Below are positions 17,888 through 27,229 of a DNA stretch of 32,000 bases, in pieces. The notes below the pieces were generated by a model. That model had not been told where the DNA came from, made no database searches, and saw only the letters and a list, made by a program, of their open reading frames with translations. The stretch is taken from positions 70,669 through 102,668 of the forward strand of contig CAZECW010000020.1 of NCBI GenBank assembly GCA_964510585.1, written 5' to 3'. The translations under genes were made by a program, and so were the position numbers. Positions within the stretch are counted from its first letter, which is position 1. Each line of letters opens with the position of its first letter. The stretch comes from an uncultured archaeon. Its GTDB lineage: Archaea; Asgardarchaeota; Jordiarchaeia; Jordiarchaeales; Jordiarchaeaceae.

Positions 17888-18095
17888 CAAACCCGCAAAA
17901 ACAAAAACTCTTCCCTTTCCTGAACCAGAAGCTTTCAAATAATAAATCGAGAAAAAATGCATTTTTTCCTAAACATTTTAGCACGCGAATCGGAGCCCTT
18001 TTGAATTTTAATCTAAGATACACAATGTTGTGACGATTAAGTTTTTATTTTTCCTCTTCATTATCTATAATAATTTGTTCTAAAAAAGGAGAGAA

Positions 18096-18857
18096 ATGTT
18101 TTTGATTGATGAGCAAATTTTGGGAGTCGCCAAATTAATAAAAGATTCCAAAAGAGTGGTTGTTTTAACTGGCGCGGGCATATCAGTTGAATCTGGGATA
18201 CCTGATTTTAGGGGCCCAGACGGTCTCTGGAAAAAGTTTGATCCCAACAAGGTAGGCACTATTACCTCTTTCCTCTCAAATCCTGAAGACTGGTGGAAGA
18301 TGGCCCAAGAAATAGCTCCAGTGCTTCTCAACGCTAAACCTAACCCTGGGCATTATGCTCTAGCCGAAATGGAAAAAATGGGCAAGGTAGAAGCAATAAT
18401 AACGCAAAACATCGATGGTCTACACCAAAAGGCAGGTAGCAAAAACGTAATAGAAGTACATGGCAACGTTCGAAGCGCATCCTGCATACAGTGCAAAAAG
18501 AAATACGGAATAGACTACGTGATTTCAGAAGTAGGAAAAGGAAACTTTATGCCAAGATGCACAGACTGCGGTGGAGTGGTAAAAGTTGACGTGGTAATGT
18601 TTGGAGAAATGCTACCCGAAGAAGCAATATCCGAAGCCTACAGGCTGGCACAAGAATGCGATCTACTCATAGTTGTAGGTTCCTCCCTAGTGGTTTACCC
18701 AGTAGCAGCCCTACCAGGAATGGCGCTTAATAGAGGAGCAAAAACTGTAATCATAAATGAGGAAAAAACCGGTTATACAAGATACGCTGACTACCACATC
18801 TACGGGAAAGCAGGAGAAATACTACCCAAAATAGTTGAAACCCTGAAAAAAATTTAA
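18096..18857 (+). CDS. cobB: Sir2-family NAD-dependent protein deacylase
   Basis: TGAGISVESGIPDFRG, TQNIDGLH, VHG, Zn-finger CIQC...CTDC, VGSSLVVYP. Confidence 0.96.
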   Translation: MFLIDEQILGVAKLIKDSKRVVVLTGAGISVESGIPDFRGPDGLWKKFDPNKVGTITSFLSNPEDWWKMAQEIAPVLLNAKPNPGHYALAEMEKMGKVEAIITQNIDGLHQKAGSKNVIEVHGNVRSASCIQCKKKYGIDYVISEVGKGNFMPRCTDCGGVVKVDVVMFGEMLPEEAISEAYRLAQECDLLIVVGSSLVVYPVAALPGMALNRGAKTVIINEEKTGYTRYADYHIYGKAGEILPKIVETLKKI

Positions 18858-19059
18858 CACAGGCAACAAAAGCCTCGAAACAGATTCACAAATAATCCAA
18901 TTAATTTGAGCTTGCAAAAATAGAAAATGCCAAATTAAAGAAGGAAAAACAAGAATAATAAATACAACTGGTACCTTACCCTTTTAAATAAGAAAGCTTA
19001 ATAATTACTAGTGGCTTTTAAATAAAATTAAAAGTAGGGTAAAAGTTGGGAGTGAAAAT

Positions 19060-19371
19060 ATGGTTTCATTTCTCGAAATAATAATCTATCTAGTACCAAT
19101 AGCGATAGGAACATTGATGGCGGTGATTGGTGATAGGCTAAAACTGTACAAGCTACCTGAATCAAAAGTGAAACTCAAACGAGATGCTCCAGTAACTAAA
19201 GTTAAAGGTGTAGGAGAAGAAACCGCCAAAACTCTGCAGAAATACAAAATCAACACTGTAGAAGACCTGGTGAAAGCTGACAAGAAAAAATTAGCTAAAG
19301 TCAAAGGGGTGGACAAGAGGACAGTCAAAAAACTGGTAAAATTCGCTCTAAAACAAATGATGGAGGACTAA
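19060..19371 (+). CDS. Small protein: N-terminal TM helix plus tandem helix-hairpin-helix DNA-binding motifs
   Basis: FLEIIIYLVPIAIGTLMAVIG hydrophobic helix; HhH motifs TKVKGVGEETAKTL and AKVKGVDKRTVKKL. Confidence 0.85.
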   Translation: MVSFLEIIIYLVPIAIGTLMAVIGDRLKLYKLPESKVKLKRDAPVTKVKGVGEETAKTLQKYKINTVEDLVKADKKKLAKVKGVDKRTVKKLVKFALKQMMED

Positions 19372-19374
19372 AAA

Positions 19375-19959
19375 ATGCAAAAATATACACATGTAGTGGT
19401 GGGCGCAACAGCTGGCGCCATAGTAGCAGTGCTTTTAGGATGGAGTGGTGGGTTGGCGGCTCAATTTAACGCCGCTGCATTGCAACTAGTCAAGTGGGGG
19501 TCATTAAATACTGTGATAAGCGCAGCAAACCAGCAGCTACCTCCAATACTCACAGGAGCCGCTTTTGGAATCCTGCCAGATCTCGACCAACTGCTAAAAG
19601 GCCAACGTATAGGACATAGAAGTGGGCTATTCCACAGTGTACTAACCCTAATATGGTTGCCTCTACTAATAGGGATATTTGCACCAACACTATTTGCACT
19701 ATCAGCTGCTGGTATCTTCAGCCACTGGTTTATTGACTCTTTTAATCCCACGGGCGTCCGTACATTCCCATACGTTCTTCCCCGTAAAAATGAATCTTTA
19801 AAAGATTTTATTTGGAATCATCAGAGAGATTTACGTATTGCCACCATTCATTATGACAACCACTGGCTCAATCTTGCACTTTGTGGAGTCTGCTTTGTAA
19901 TTATTTGGCTGCTTTCAGGTCAGATGCCGGCCTGGAATATACTAGCTCTACCGTTCTAG
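19375..19959 (+). CDS. YdjM-like membrane-bound metal-dependent hydrolase
   Basis: THVVVG, GILPDLD, HRSGLFHS, SHWFIDSFNPTGV: the H/PDxD/HR..HS/H...D pattern of this family. Confidence 0.85.
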   Translation: MQKYTHVVVGATAGAIVAVLLGWSGGLAAQFNAAALQLVKWGSLNTVISAANQQLPPILTGAAFGILPDLDQLLKGQRIGHRSGLFHSVLTLIWLPLLIGIFAPTLFALSAAGIFSHWFIDSFNPTGVRTFPYVLPRKNESLKDFIWNHQRDLRIATIHYDNHWLNLALCGVCFVIIWLLSGQMPAWNILALPF

Positions 19960-19980
19960 AAGTCCCCTCTTTAAAAGAAT

Positions 19981-20006
19981 CTTTCCTTTTTTTGAATACC
20001 TTTTTT
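19981..20006 (+). terminator. Probable oligo-T terminator after the YdjM-like gene
   Basis: ctttcctttttttgaatacctttttt about 20 nt after the stop. Confidence 0.5.
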
Positions 20007-20237
20007 GGTTTGTAAAGCATGGGTTTCTTCTGCATTTATATAGACTTAAAAAAACAGTTTCGAATGGAGGGCAGCCAGTCTTTTCAAGGGTAAATCTCCT
20101 TTTAGGGAAGTTATGAGGGAACTCCTTTTGAGAAAAAGGGGATGGGGTACAATTGTGTTTATATAGTAGGATAAAAAGCCAAAAAAGGTCAGCCGAATAT
20201 GCCTAAAAGAGGTTTCACCATAAAATTTACGCTTTTT

Positions 20238-20999
20238 TTATGCCTTTCTTTTACCTTTTATTCGTACTATTCCGCGGGTTTCCAATGCGCGCAGGGTTTC
20301 GTACACCCATTGCCAAGTTACGTCGAAGCCCGCGTTTTTAAGTCCCTCCTGTAATTCTGCTACTGTTAGGTCTTGGTCTAGGTTTCTGAGCATTAGACGT
20401 GCTGCTCTGCTCCATACTCCGGACTTGTTTAACACATTTTCGGGTGTTAGTGGTGGAATAAGCTCATATATTAGTGATTTTTGGTAGGCTTCGAATTCCT
20501 CTTCAGTTAATTCTGCTTCAACTTCTTTGGCTTCTTCTACCGCTTTTTCTTTTACAACCATTTTTTCTATGGGAGCCTTCATCACTTCAGCTCTTGGTAT
20601 GGGTTTTTCTATTTTGACTTTTGGCATTTCTGCGGGTGGGACGATTGTTGCGGTCTGTGCGAATTCGTCGAATTTGCTTCCGTATCTTTTGATGAGGCCT
20701 GATAGCATAACTAGGGTTAAGCCTACCCGCTGTTGAGTTTGCACCGCCATTAGCATTTGTTGCGAGGCGCGTATCACTATTACAGATTCGTTTTCCGCTG
20801 CCAGTGTAATGTTTGACCCGACAGTTAGTCCCGGAAAGCTTGGTTTAAACATCATGAGCTTCTGCTCAACATCCTTGGTTAAATCTGAGTAGAGCATCTC
20901 TCCCTTCATTGTGAGTAGAGCAAGCCCCCTATCAGTTATTGCTCCAAATGATCGTAATTCACTCTTCAATTTATCCAGAAACTCCGCGTCTCCAGACAT
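20238..20999 (-). CDS. Hypothetical protein: N-terminal roadblock/profilin-like domain, Pro/Lys/Glu linker, C-terminal winged helix
   Basis: Helix-strand-strand-helix-three strand-helix pattern (GLALLTMKGEMLYSDL...ITLAAENESVIVIRASQQMLMAVQT...VGLTLVML); C-terminus LTVAELQEGL...WVYETLRALETRGIVRI is wHTH-like. The domain names are pattern-based. Confidence 0.7.
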   Translation of the reverse strand: MSGDAEFLDKLKSELRSFGAITDRGLALLTMKGEMLYSDLTKDVEQKLMMFKPSFPGLTVGSNITLAAENESVIVIRASQQMLMAVQTQQRVGLTLVMLSGLIKRYGSKFDEFAQTATIVPPAEMPKVKIEKPIPRAEVMKAPIEKMVVKEKAVEEAKEVEAELTEEEFEAYQKSLIYELIPPLTPENVLNKSGVWSRAARLMLRNLDQDLTVAELQEGLKNAGFDVTWQWVYETLRALETRGIVRIKGKRKA

Positions 21000-21313
21000 T
21001 TATTTTTACTCCTCTAAACTTTATGATAAATGCAGATTCTAAATGTTATCCTTATAATAAAATTGATTGTTTTACTTTATTATTAAGAATTCCCAATTAA
21101 ATAGTTTTTTAATGATGCACTATAGATTTTTCTGGTTCTAACCCCTTATTTTGAGGTTTTAAATTGGAAAAGAAGACATGTAAACGCTTCTTTTGAAGGA
21201 GAAATCAAATGAATCTACTCCACGTCGCTGTGTGATGGGCATAAACTAAGAGAAAGTATGCGTATATCTGCTTCTTCGCCTCCTCCTTATCGGAGGGGAT
21301 CTTTCCACTGAAG

Positions 21314-22591
21314 TTAAAAGAGCTTTTCCACTTTTTTCCGGGCGGTTTCTCCTCTTCCTAGTGCTTCATGTGCACGTGCAAGGTGGCCGGCAGCGAGTGC
21401 GGCGATGAGGGATACTTCTCCAGCGAGTGCTGCTGAACAGGCGATTTCGGCAAATTTTTTGGCGAGGGTTCCTGGAGGTTTTCCTTTCATAAAGCCTCCG
21501 CCGCAGTCCATTATGGAGAGTGCTTCTTGCATCTGGCTTAGCCACATTCCTCCTCCTATAGTTCCACAGATCATTGAAGGGAGCGTTAGGGATATGTACA
21601 AGTCGCCATCATTGATTTCTTCGGCTGTGACTATTCCCATGCTTGATTCACCTATGTGGGCAGCGTCTTGCCCAGTGGCGATCCATATAGCGGCGATTAT
21701 GTTTGCTGCATGGGAATTAAACCCGTACGAGGCTGCTTGACCGCTGCCCACATATATTTTACGGTAAACTACTTCAACCATCTTTTGGGCGGTGGTTTTT
21801 AGGGTTTCCTTTATGTATTCCTTTTTTAGTATGGCTTCGGATTGGACTGTTTTTCCTCTTCCTAGGATGAAGTTTAGGGCTGTTGGCTTTTTGTCGACGC
21901 ACATGTTCCCGCTGAGCGCTATGGTTTCTGCCCAGGGAAGATTTTCTTGAATAAAATTACATACTGCTTCAGATGCGCTGGTTACCATATTCATTCCCAT
22001 AGCGTCGGCAGTGTCTGCCAGAAGTCTGAGGAAAACGTTTCTCCCAATTATCCAGGGCTGGAAATCTAGAAGTTTTAGAAAGGGATCTTGGCCTTTAAAA
22101 ACTTCGCGTATTTTTTCGAAGTTGTCTTTCACCCAGTTTACAAGTTTAACTGCGTGTTCGGTGTCTGGAACTAAAATGCATGGTGCCCTAGTGATGGCAC
22201 TTTTTAATACTCTTGCCTTGGCTCCGCCACTTGCCGTTATGATGCTGCATCCTCTATTAACGCTTGCTACAAGAGCTCCCTCGGTTGTGGCTAGTGGTAT
22301 TAGGTATTCGCCATCTGCTATTTCTCCTTTCACCTTTAGTGGGCCAGCGATTCCTAAGGGTATTTGTTGGACTCCTATGGGAGCCTCTATGTTTCTTGAT
22401 GCTGTCTGTTTCATATCTATGGAGTAAGATCCGATATGTTTGAGCTCTTTTCCGATTATTTTCTCTATAGCTTTTCTTCTAATGGTTGTTGCTGTTTCTA
22501 TATCGGTGTATTTCTCGACTTGGTAGAATTTGATTTCTCCCCTGACTACCTTTTCGATCAGTTCCTCATGGGTAATTTTTTCTTGAGCCAT
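21314..22591 (-). CDS. hmgA: Class I (NADPH) HMG-CoA reductase
   Basis: PLATTEGALVAS, DAMGMNM, GNMCVDKK, GTIGGG, catalytic His in LARAH. Start set to ATG 22591, 4 nt after the upstream stop. Confidence 0.96.
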   Translation of the reverse strand: MAQEKITHEELIEKVVRGEIKFYQVEKYTDIETATTIRRKAIEKIIGKELKHIGSYSIDMKQTASRNIEAPIGVQQIPLGIAGPLKVKGEIADGEYLIPLATTEGALVASVNRGCSIITASGGAKARVLKSAITRAPCILVPDTEHAVKLVNWVKDNFEKIREVFKGQDPFLKLLDFQPWIIGRNVFLRLLADTADAMGMNMVTSASEAVCNFIQENLPWAETIALSGNMCVDKKPTALNFILGRGKTVQSEAILKKEYIKETLKTTAQKMVEVVYRKIYVGSGQAASYGFNSHAANIIAAIWIATGQDAAHIGESSMGIVTAEEINDGDLYISLTLPSMICGTIGGGMWLSQMQEALSIMDCGGGFMKGKPPGTLAKKFAEIACSAALAGEVSLIAALAAGHLARAHEALGRGETARKKVEKLF

Positions 22592-22595
22592 TTTT

Positions 22596-23030
22596 CTACT
22601 CACTTCCTCCTTCTCTTTTTTCAATTTCTACTATTCCCTTTTCGCTATCGACGATTACCCTGTCACCATCTTCTATAACTGTGAGGGGATCCTTTTCTAG
22701 TCTGTGTACGAGGGGGATTTCTCCGATAACTGCTCCCACAAGTGTTACGGTGTCGGATGCCCTTTGAATAATCGCTTTGGGAGCTAAACCCCTATTTGCG
22801 AGGTTAATCAGCACATATGAGCCAACGGTTGACCCAATTCCGGTACTGAATACTAATATTTTTCCTTTGATGCTTTTTCCCTCCAATTCATGTCCTTTTT
22901 GGATAACCTTCCCCGTGTTGGGATCTATGAATCCTAGAAAGGATATGGGCATCTGGGTCACGAGTGCCTCTCCCTCCACTCTGGGATTTTTTAAACCTCT
23001 CAGCCCCTCTCCTCTTAGTACTATCTTCAT
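22596..23030 (-). CDS. Phosphomevalonate dehydratase small subunit (aconitase X swiveling domain, DUF126)
   Basis: VEGEALVT..PISFLGFIDP.TG...GHELEGKSIKGKILVF...GSTVGSY...GAVIGEIP; TAATG coupling with the large subunit. Confidence 0.92.
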   Translation of the reverse strand: MKIVLRGEGLRGLKNPRVEGEALVTQMPISFLGFIDPNTGKVIQKGHELEGKSIKGKILVFSTGIGSTVGSYVLINLANRGLAPKAIIQRASDTVTLVGAVIGEIPLVHRLEKDPLTVIEDGDRVIVDSEKGIVEIEKREGGSE

Positions 23031-24217
23031 TATACCTTGCCTCCCATAGCTACTTTTAAACAGTCTTCTAGGGGTAACGATGCAGATTCTATTTTACTCA
23101 TTGTTGGAAGGTAATGTGCTGCTTTAATGGAATCAGTTAGAGCTAAGTCGAATCCAGGAATGGGGCATACCACGGGGCAGGTGTCGCAGAAAATTTTGCC
23201 TCCCATGCTCTCAATTTTTTGGACGTATCCCATAGATTCCGCCATCAACTTAACAGGTCTGGAAGTAAAAATCCAAAGCTTGGTTTTGTTTGAAACTGGG
23301 GACACAAGTATTTCGGAAATCTTTTTGAGGATGCTTATTGAAGCATGGGGGCACCCAACCATGACAATATCTGGTTGTGATGTTGGAGTAAAATCTTCTC
23401 TGAGAGCCTTCAACTTTTTCTGGTCAAATATTACTTTTTCCAGACGTTCTTTCTCGAATTTTCTTTCTTCATAATTGCGAATGTGGAATAGTGGTACAGA
23501 GCCCGATGCCGCCATAGCTGCTGAGAGCTGTTTGGCTTGCTGCAAGTCTATACTTGGAATCTTATGTAAAAGTGGAATTTTTGAGCCGAAGCTCTCCCCA
23601 ATGCTATATCCCAACAAGCCATAATCCGTGGTATTGTTGAGTTCTGCCTCCACTTCCACAAGTATTTCGGGCACTCTGTTCTCTGGTAAGTGTATCCCAT
23701 ACTCTGGTGTTTTCCCAACTATTGCTGAGGCTAGGGCGGAAAGTCCGCTTTCCCTATTTGTATAGACTCCAAAAAAGGAGTTCATGAAGGTTACTGCTGA
23801 GGACTCTGAGAAAGATATGTGGTCTCCAGGCTTTGCAACATTTCCCAATTCGTAGGGTATGCAGCTGCATAAGTCAAGGATGCCCATGGATTTGTAAATT
23901 TTTATTATTTCGCCCTGTTTTTGGGCGAAATCTTCTGTTACACCCATCTCTCTCCATCTGTCTAGATCCATCCCGCTCGGGTTGAGGGTAGACGCCACCA
24001 AGGTTTTGGTTTTGCTTTTCCCGAATTTCTCCAGAACTTCAACTAGCGCATCTCCACCAGTTTTGTATGAGACCCCCGATATGTGGGCGGACTCGATTTT
24101 TATTAGTTTTTCTGCTTTGAAGAAATCTCCCAAGGCGCAAAGTATTTTCATGGCAAGCCTTTGCGCCTCGCCGTACTCTCCTTGAAGGATTTTCTCTTCT
24201 TCCCTATTGAGAAACAT
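23030..24217 (-). CDS. Phosphomevalonate dehydratase large subunit (aconitase X catalytic domain, DUF521)
   Basis: L..EEE..L.GEYGEA..LAMKIL, AHISGVSY, CSCIPY, ESSA...NS..G..TNRESG, VGCPH, CDTC; start at ATG 24217. Confidence 0.93.
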   Translation of the reverse strand: MFLNREEEKILQGEYGEAQRLAMKILCALGDFFKAEKLIKIESAHISGVSYKTGGDALVEVLEKFGKSKTKTLVASTLNPSGMDLDRWREMGVTEDFAQKQGEIIKIYKSMGILDLCSCIPYELGNVAKPGDHISFSESSAVTFMNSFFGVYTNRESGLSALASAIVGKTPEYGIHLPENRVPEILVEVEAELNNTTDYGLLGYSIGESFGSKIPLLHKIPSIDLQQAKQLSAAMAASGSVPLFHIRNYEERKFEKERLEKVIFDQKKLKALREDFTPTSQPDIVMVGCPHASISILKKISEILVSPVSNKTKLWIFTSRPVKLMAESMGYVQKIESMGGKIFCDTCPVVCPIPGFDLALTDSIKAAHYLPTMSKIESASLPLEDCLKVAMGGKV

Positions 24218-25523
24218 AATCTTCAACCCTTATGGTTTCTTCCCCAATGATTTTTACAGGGGTAAAGTGAGACCTATCCTTATCAAATGGTATTGTGGCG
24301 TCGACTCCAACCTTGGTTGTTTCTCGGGTCACTTGGTTTGCCGAAGGATCAAGCGATGAACCTTTATCCTTTCTTAAAATGAGATTTTTTGATGCTTGGA
24401 ATCTTGTGGCAATGGCGTACTCAACGCAGTTCAAATCGTAAATGTCTATGTCCTCGTCCACCACGACTACGTGCTTCATAGATTTATGGGCTCTAAATGC
24501 TGCTTCTATCGCGTTCATTCCGTCTTCAGGCTTCTTTTTACGGATTTGCACTATTCCGTGGAGCCAGGAGCATCCCCCGGGAGTTATTAACACATTTTTG
24601 CATTCACAAACCTTCTTCACTTCGTTGTAAATGGCAGTCTCTCTCGGCAGGCTCATGAGAAGCTTGTGGTCAAGTCCCCCCGGGAGCAGAGCCTGATATA
24701 TGGGATTCTTAGCATGGGTAAAATGCCTGATTTCAATTACTGGCTGCTTCCTGATAATATCATAGGTACCAGTCAAATCCAGGAAGGGTCCCTCATCCAC
24801 CAACTCATTAATTATTCTTCCTTCTAGCACTATCTCCGAATTTTCTGGCACCTCTAAATCCACTTTTTTACACTTAACCAGCTTTAGTTCTCTTAAACTA
24901 TTGGCTATTTCCAACTCGTCCACAGTTATGTCTAGGGATGTGGCTGCCGCTAGCAAAAATGAGGGATGATTGCCAATGCAAATTGCAACATCCATTTCTC
25001 CACCAGCTCTCTTTAGATAAACATCCGCGTCTCTCTCCTCCACCAGTCTTACAGCAAACCTTTTGTCATCTAACTTCATGAGTCTGTGAATAGAGGCATT
25101 TCTCCCAAACTCGGGGTCTCGAAGTATAAGCACTCCCGAGGTAACGTAGGGACCTCCGTCTCCTGCAGTGTGAGTGAGTATGGGTAGATTGTTCAAATTA
25201 ACTGTTTCCGTTACTTCCTGACACCGTCCACTCTTAACTATTTCTGGTTCGCTCCTTTTTTCAAAAGCTTCAGCTAATCGTGATAGTAGCTCTTCCCTTC
25301 TCACTTTTAAAGAAAAGGCTAAGAGGTCTCTGCTGGAACAAATATTTCCAGCTATCTTGTAAGGTGTGTCCTCCACCAGGTTAAATAGAACTGGCCTTCC
25401 ATCCAGTTTTTTCAAAAGTGCGGGAATATTGGTTATGGGCACACTTTTGTTAATCTCAACTATCATGTTACGAGACTTGAGATCCTCGAGGAAATCTCTC
25501 AAAAATGACAGGCTCCTTACCAC
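24204..25523 (-). CDS. UbiD-family decarboxylase, by context anhydromevalonate phosphate decarboxylase
   Basis: GRNASIHRLM, EIVLEG, EGPF, KHVVVVDEDID, KVGVDAT; overlaps the PMD large subunit start. Confidence 0.9.
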   Translation of the reverse strand: MVRSLSFLRDFLEDLKSRNMIVEINKSVPITNIPALLKKLDGRPVLFNLVEDTPYKIAGNICSSRDLLAFSLKVRREELLSRLAEAFEKRSEPEIVKSGRCQEVTETVNLNNLPILTHTAGDGGPYVTSGVLILRDPEFGRNASIHRLMKLDDKRFAVRLVEERDADVYLKRAGGEMDVAICIGNHPSFLLAAATSLDITVDELEIANSLRELKLVKCKKVDLEVPENSEIVLEGRIINELVDEGPFLDLTGTYDIIRKQPVIEIRHFTHAKNPIYQALLPGGLDHKLLMSLPRETAIYNEVKKVCECKNVLITPGGCSWLHGIVQIRKKKPEDGMNAIEAAFRAHKSMKHVVVVDEDIDIYDLNCVEYAIATRFQASKNLILRKDKGSSLDPSANQVTRETTKVGVDATIPFDKDRSHFTPVKIIGEETIRVEDYVSQ

Positions 25524-25625
25524 TTGTTACCCGTTATAGAAAGTAATGTGACATTTAATCTTTTTGATTTTCCGCAGAAAGGAAACGACCAATTAAAAGT
25601 AGAGCTACTTCAAGATTTTCTGTGG

Positions 25626-26042
25626 CTAGTTCAGTTTCTTTTCAGCCCTTTTTAAAACTGGGCGGAATTTGTATGCATAATAAATTATTCCATCCCTTCC
25701 ATCTTCATTTATCTTTCTGATAACAGCCTCCACATCCATTCCAATGTCTATATTGTCAGGCCTACAGTCTGTAAGCTGTGTAGTAAGATGCGTCCCATCC
25801 TCCAATTGCACCAAGGCAATAATGTAGGGTTTAAATATTTCAAAATTGGCCGGCGCAGTATACATAACCGTGTATGTTACGATTTTTCCCCTCTTGGGCA
25901 AATTAACTTTTATCATATCATCCGAACCGCAGCTAGGGCATATATCCCTGGGTGGAAAGCAAACCTTTCCGCAATGGACGCACTTTTTACCCTCTAACCT
26001 GTAACGTTGAGGGAGTTCTCTCCAAAACTTTGAAACCTGCAT
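25626..26042 (-). CDS. DUF35 Zn-ribbon/OB-fold scaffold protein (thiolase/HMG-CoA synthase partner)
   Basis: CVHCG...FPPR..CPSCG rubredoxin-like ribbon, PYIIALVQLEDG, YAYKFRP. Confidence 0.94.
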   Translation of the reverse strand: MQVSKFWRELPQRYRLEGKKCVHCGKVCFPPRDICPSCGSDDMIKVNLPKRGKIVTYTVMYTAPANFEIFKPYIIALVQLEDGTHLTTQLTDCRPDNIDIGMDVEAVIRKINEDGRDGIIYYAYKFRPVLKRAEKKLN

Positions 26043-26056
26043 TTTTCTATCCCTGC

Positions 26057-27208
26057 CTAAACCCTGAGAATGTGTACGTAGGATGAGGCGCCAAAACCAC
26101 TTATATTATTTGTAAGTCCTATTTCAGCGCCAGGTACCTGTCTGGCTCCAGCCTCTCCACGAAGCTGCAGTACAATCTCAGCCATTTGGTAAACTCCTGT
26201 GGCTCCAATTGGGTGTCCCCTCGCCTTTAATCCTCCAGAGGGATTCACGGGCAAAGTTCCATCTAAAGCAATTAGTCCCTCATCAACTATTTGGCCCGCG
26301 GCACCTTTTTCTACAAAGCCCAAATCCTCAATCGACAAAAACGCAGTTATTGAAAAGGCATCATGTAACTCTACCACGTCCACCTCGTCCGGCGTAATTC
26401 CCGCCATCCTGTAAGCTTCTCTCGCCGCATCCCGGGTAGCTTTAAGTGAGAGGAAGTCCTCTCTGGTGTGAAATATGAAGTTGTCCATGCCATGTCCCGC
26501 ACCTATAATCTCCACGGGTTTGGAGGTAAAGTTTTTTGCGTATTCCTTCGGACACAGAACTAGGGCTGCTGCTCCATCGCCCAAGGGCGCACAGTCCATA
26601 AGGTGTATTGGATCCGCCACCGGATTTGAGTTCATTGCTTTATCCAGAGATGTTTTAAATGGAAACTGGGCATAGGGATTTTTTGAGGCGTTATCATGCA
26701 TCTGTACCGAGAATTTTGCGAAGGGCTCCCTGTCTACACCGAATGTGTTCATGTAAAGCCTCATTACCATAGCGTTGATTCCCACCAAGGAGAGGCCGAG
26801 GAAGGCTTCATACTCCTGGTCAGTTACCGTTGAAATAATCGAGGTAGCATCGTTTGCAGTAGTATCCATCATTTTTTCCACCCCTCCTACAATCACAAAA
26901 TCGTGTACCCCTGAAGCTACAGCCTTGTATCCATTGTAAATAGCTGCGGCGCCAGATCCACATCCCTCCTCAATTCTCGTTGCTGGAATCCCATTTAGAC
27001 CCGCAAAATCCGATAATAGGGCAGCGATATTCTCCTGATTATTGAACTGTCCTGCAGACATGTTGCCAACATAGAGCGCTTCGATCTTAGGGTTCCCCGC
27101 GTCTTCGAGAGCTCCTCTAACTGCCCTTGAAAATAGGGAACGTAAAGATTCACTGAATAGATGACCAACTTTAGTTAGTCCTACTCCTATAACTGCAACT
27201 TCTCTCAT
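26057..27208 (-). CDS. Acetoacetyl-CoA thiolase (archaeal type)
   Basis: RIEEGCGSG (catalytic Cys), HDNASKNPYAQF, DGAAAL, ELHDAF, NPSGGLKARGHPIGATG. Confidence 0.95.
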   Translation of the reverse strand: MREVAVIGVGLTKVGHLFSESLRSLFSRAVRGALEDAGNPKIEALYVGNMSAGQFNNQENIAALLSDFAGLNGIPATRIEEGCGSGAAAIYNGYKAVASGVHDFVIVGGVEKMMDTTANDATSIISTVTDQEYEAFLGLSLVGINAMVMRLYMNTFGVDREPFAKFSVQMHDNASKNPYAQFPFKTSLDKAMNSNPVADPIHLMDCAPLGDGAAALVLCPKEYAKNFTSKPVEIIGAGHGMDNFIFHTREDFLSLKATRDAAREAYRMAGITPDEVDVVELHDAFSITAFLSIEDLGFVEKGAAGQIVDEGLIALDGTLPVNPSGGLKARGHPIGATGVYQMAEIVLQLRGEAGARQVPGAEIGLTNNISGFGASSYVHILRV

Positions 27209-27229
27209 AAACTATTTACCCTCCATTAA

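Noticed and set aside
21200-21312. Hairpin ctcctccttatcggagggg and short frame SGKIPSDKEEAKKQIYAYFL downstream of hmgA
   Set aside because: No start codon for the frame; the hairpin is short and matches no RNA family I recognise.
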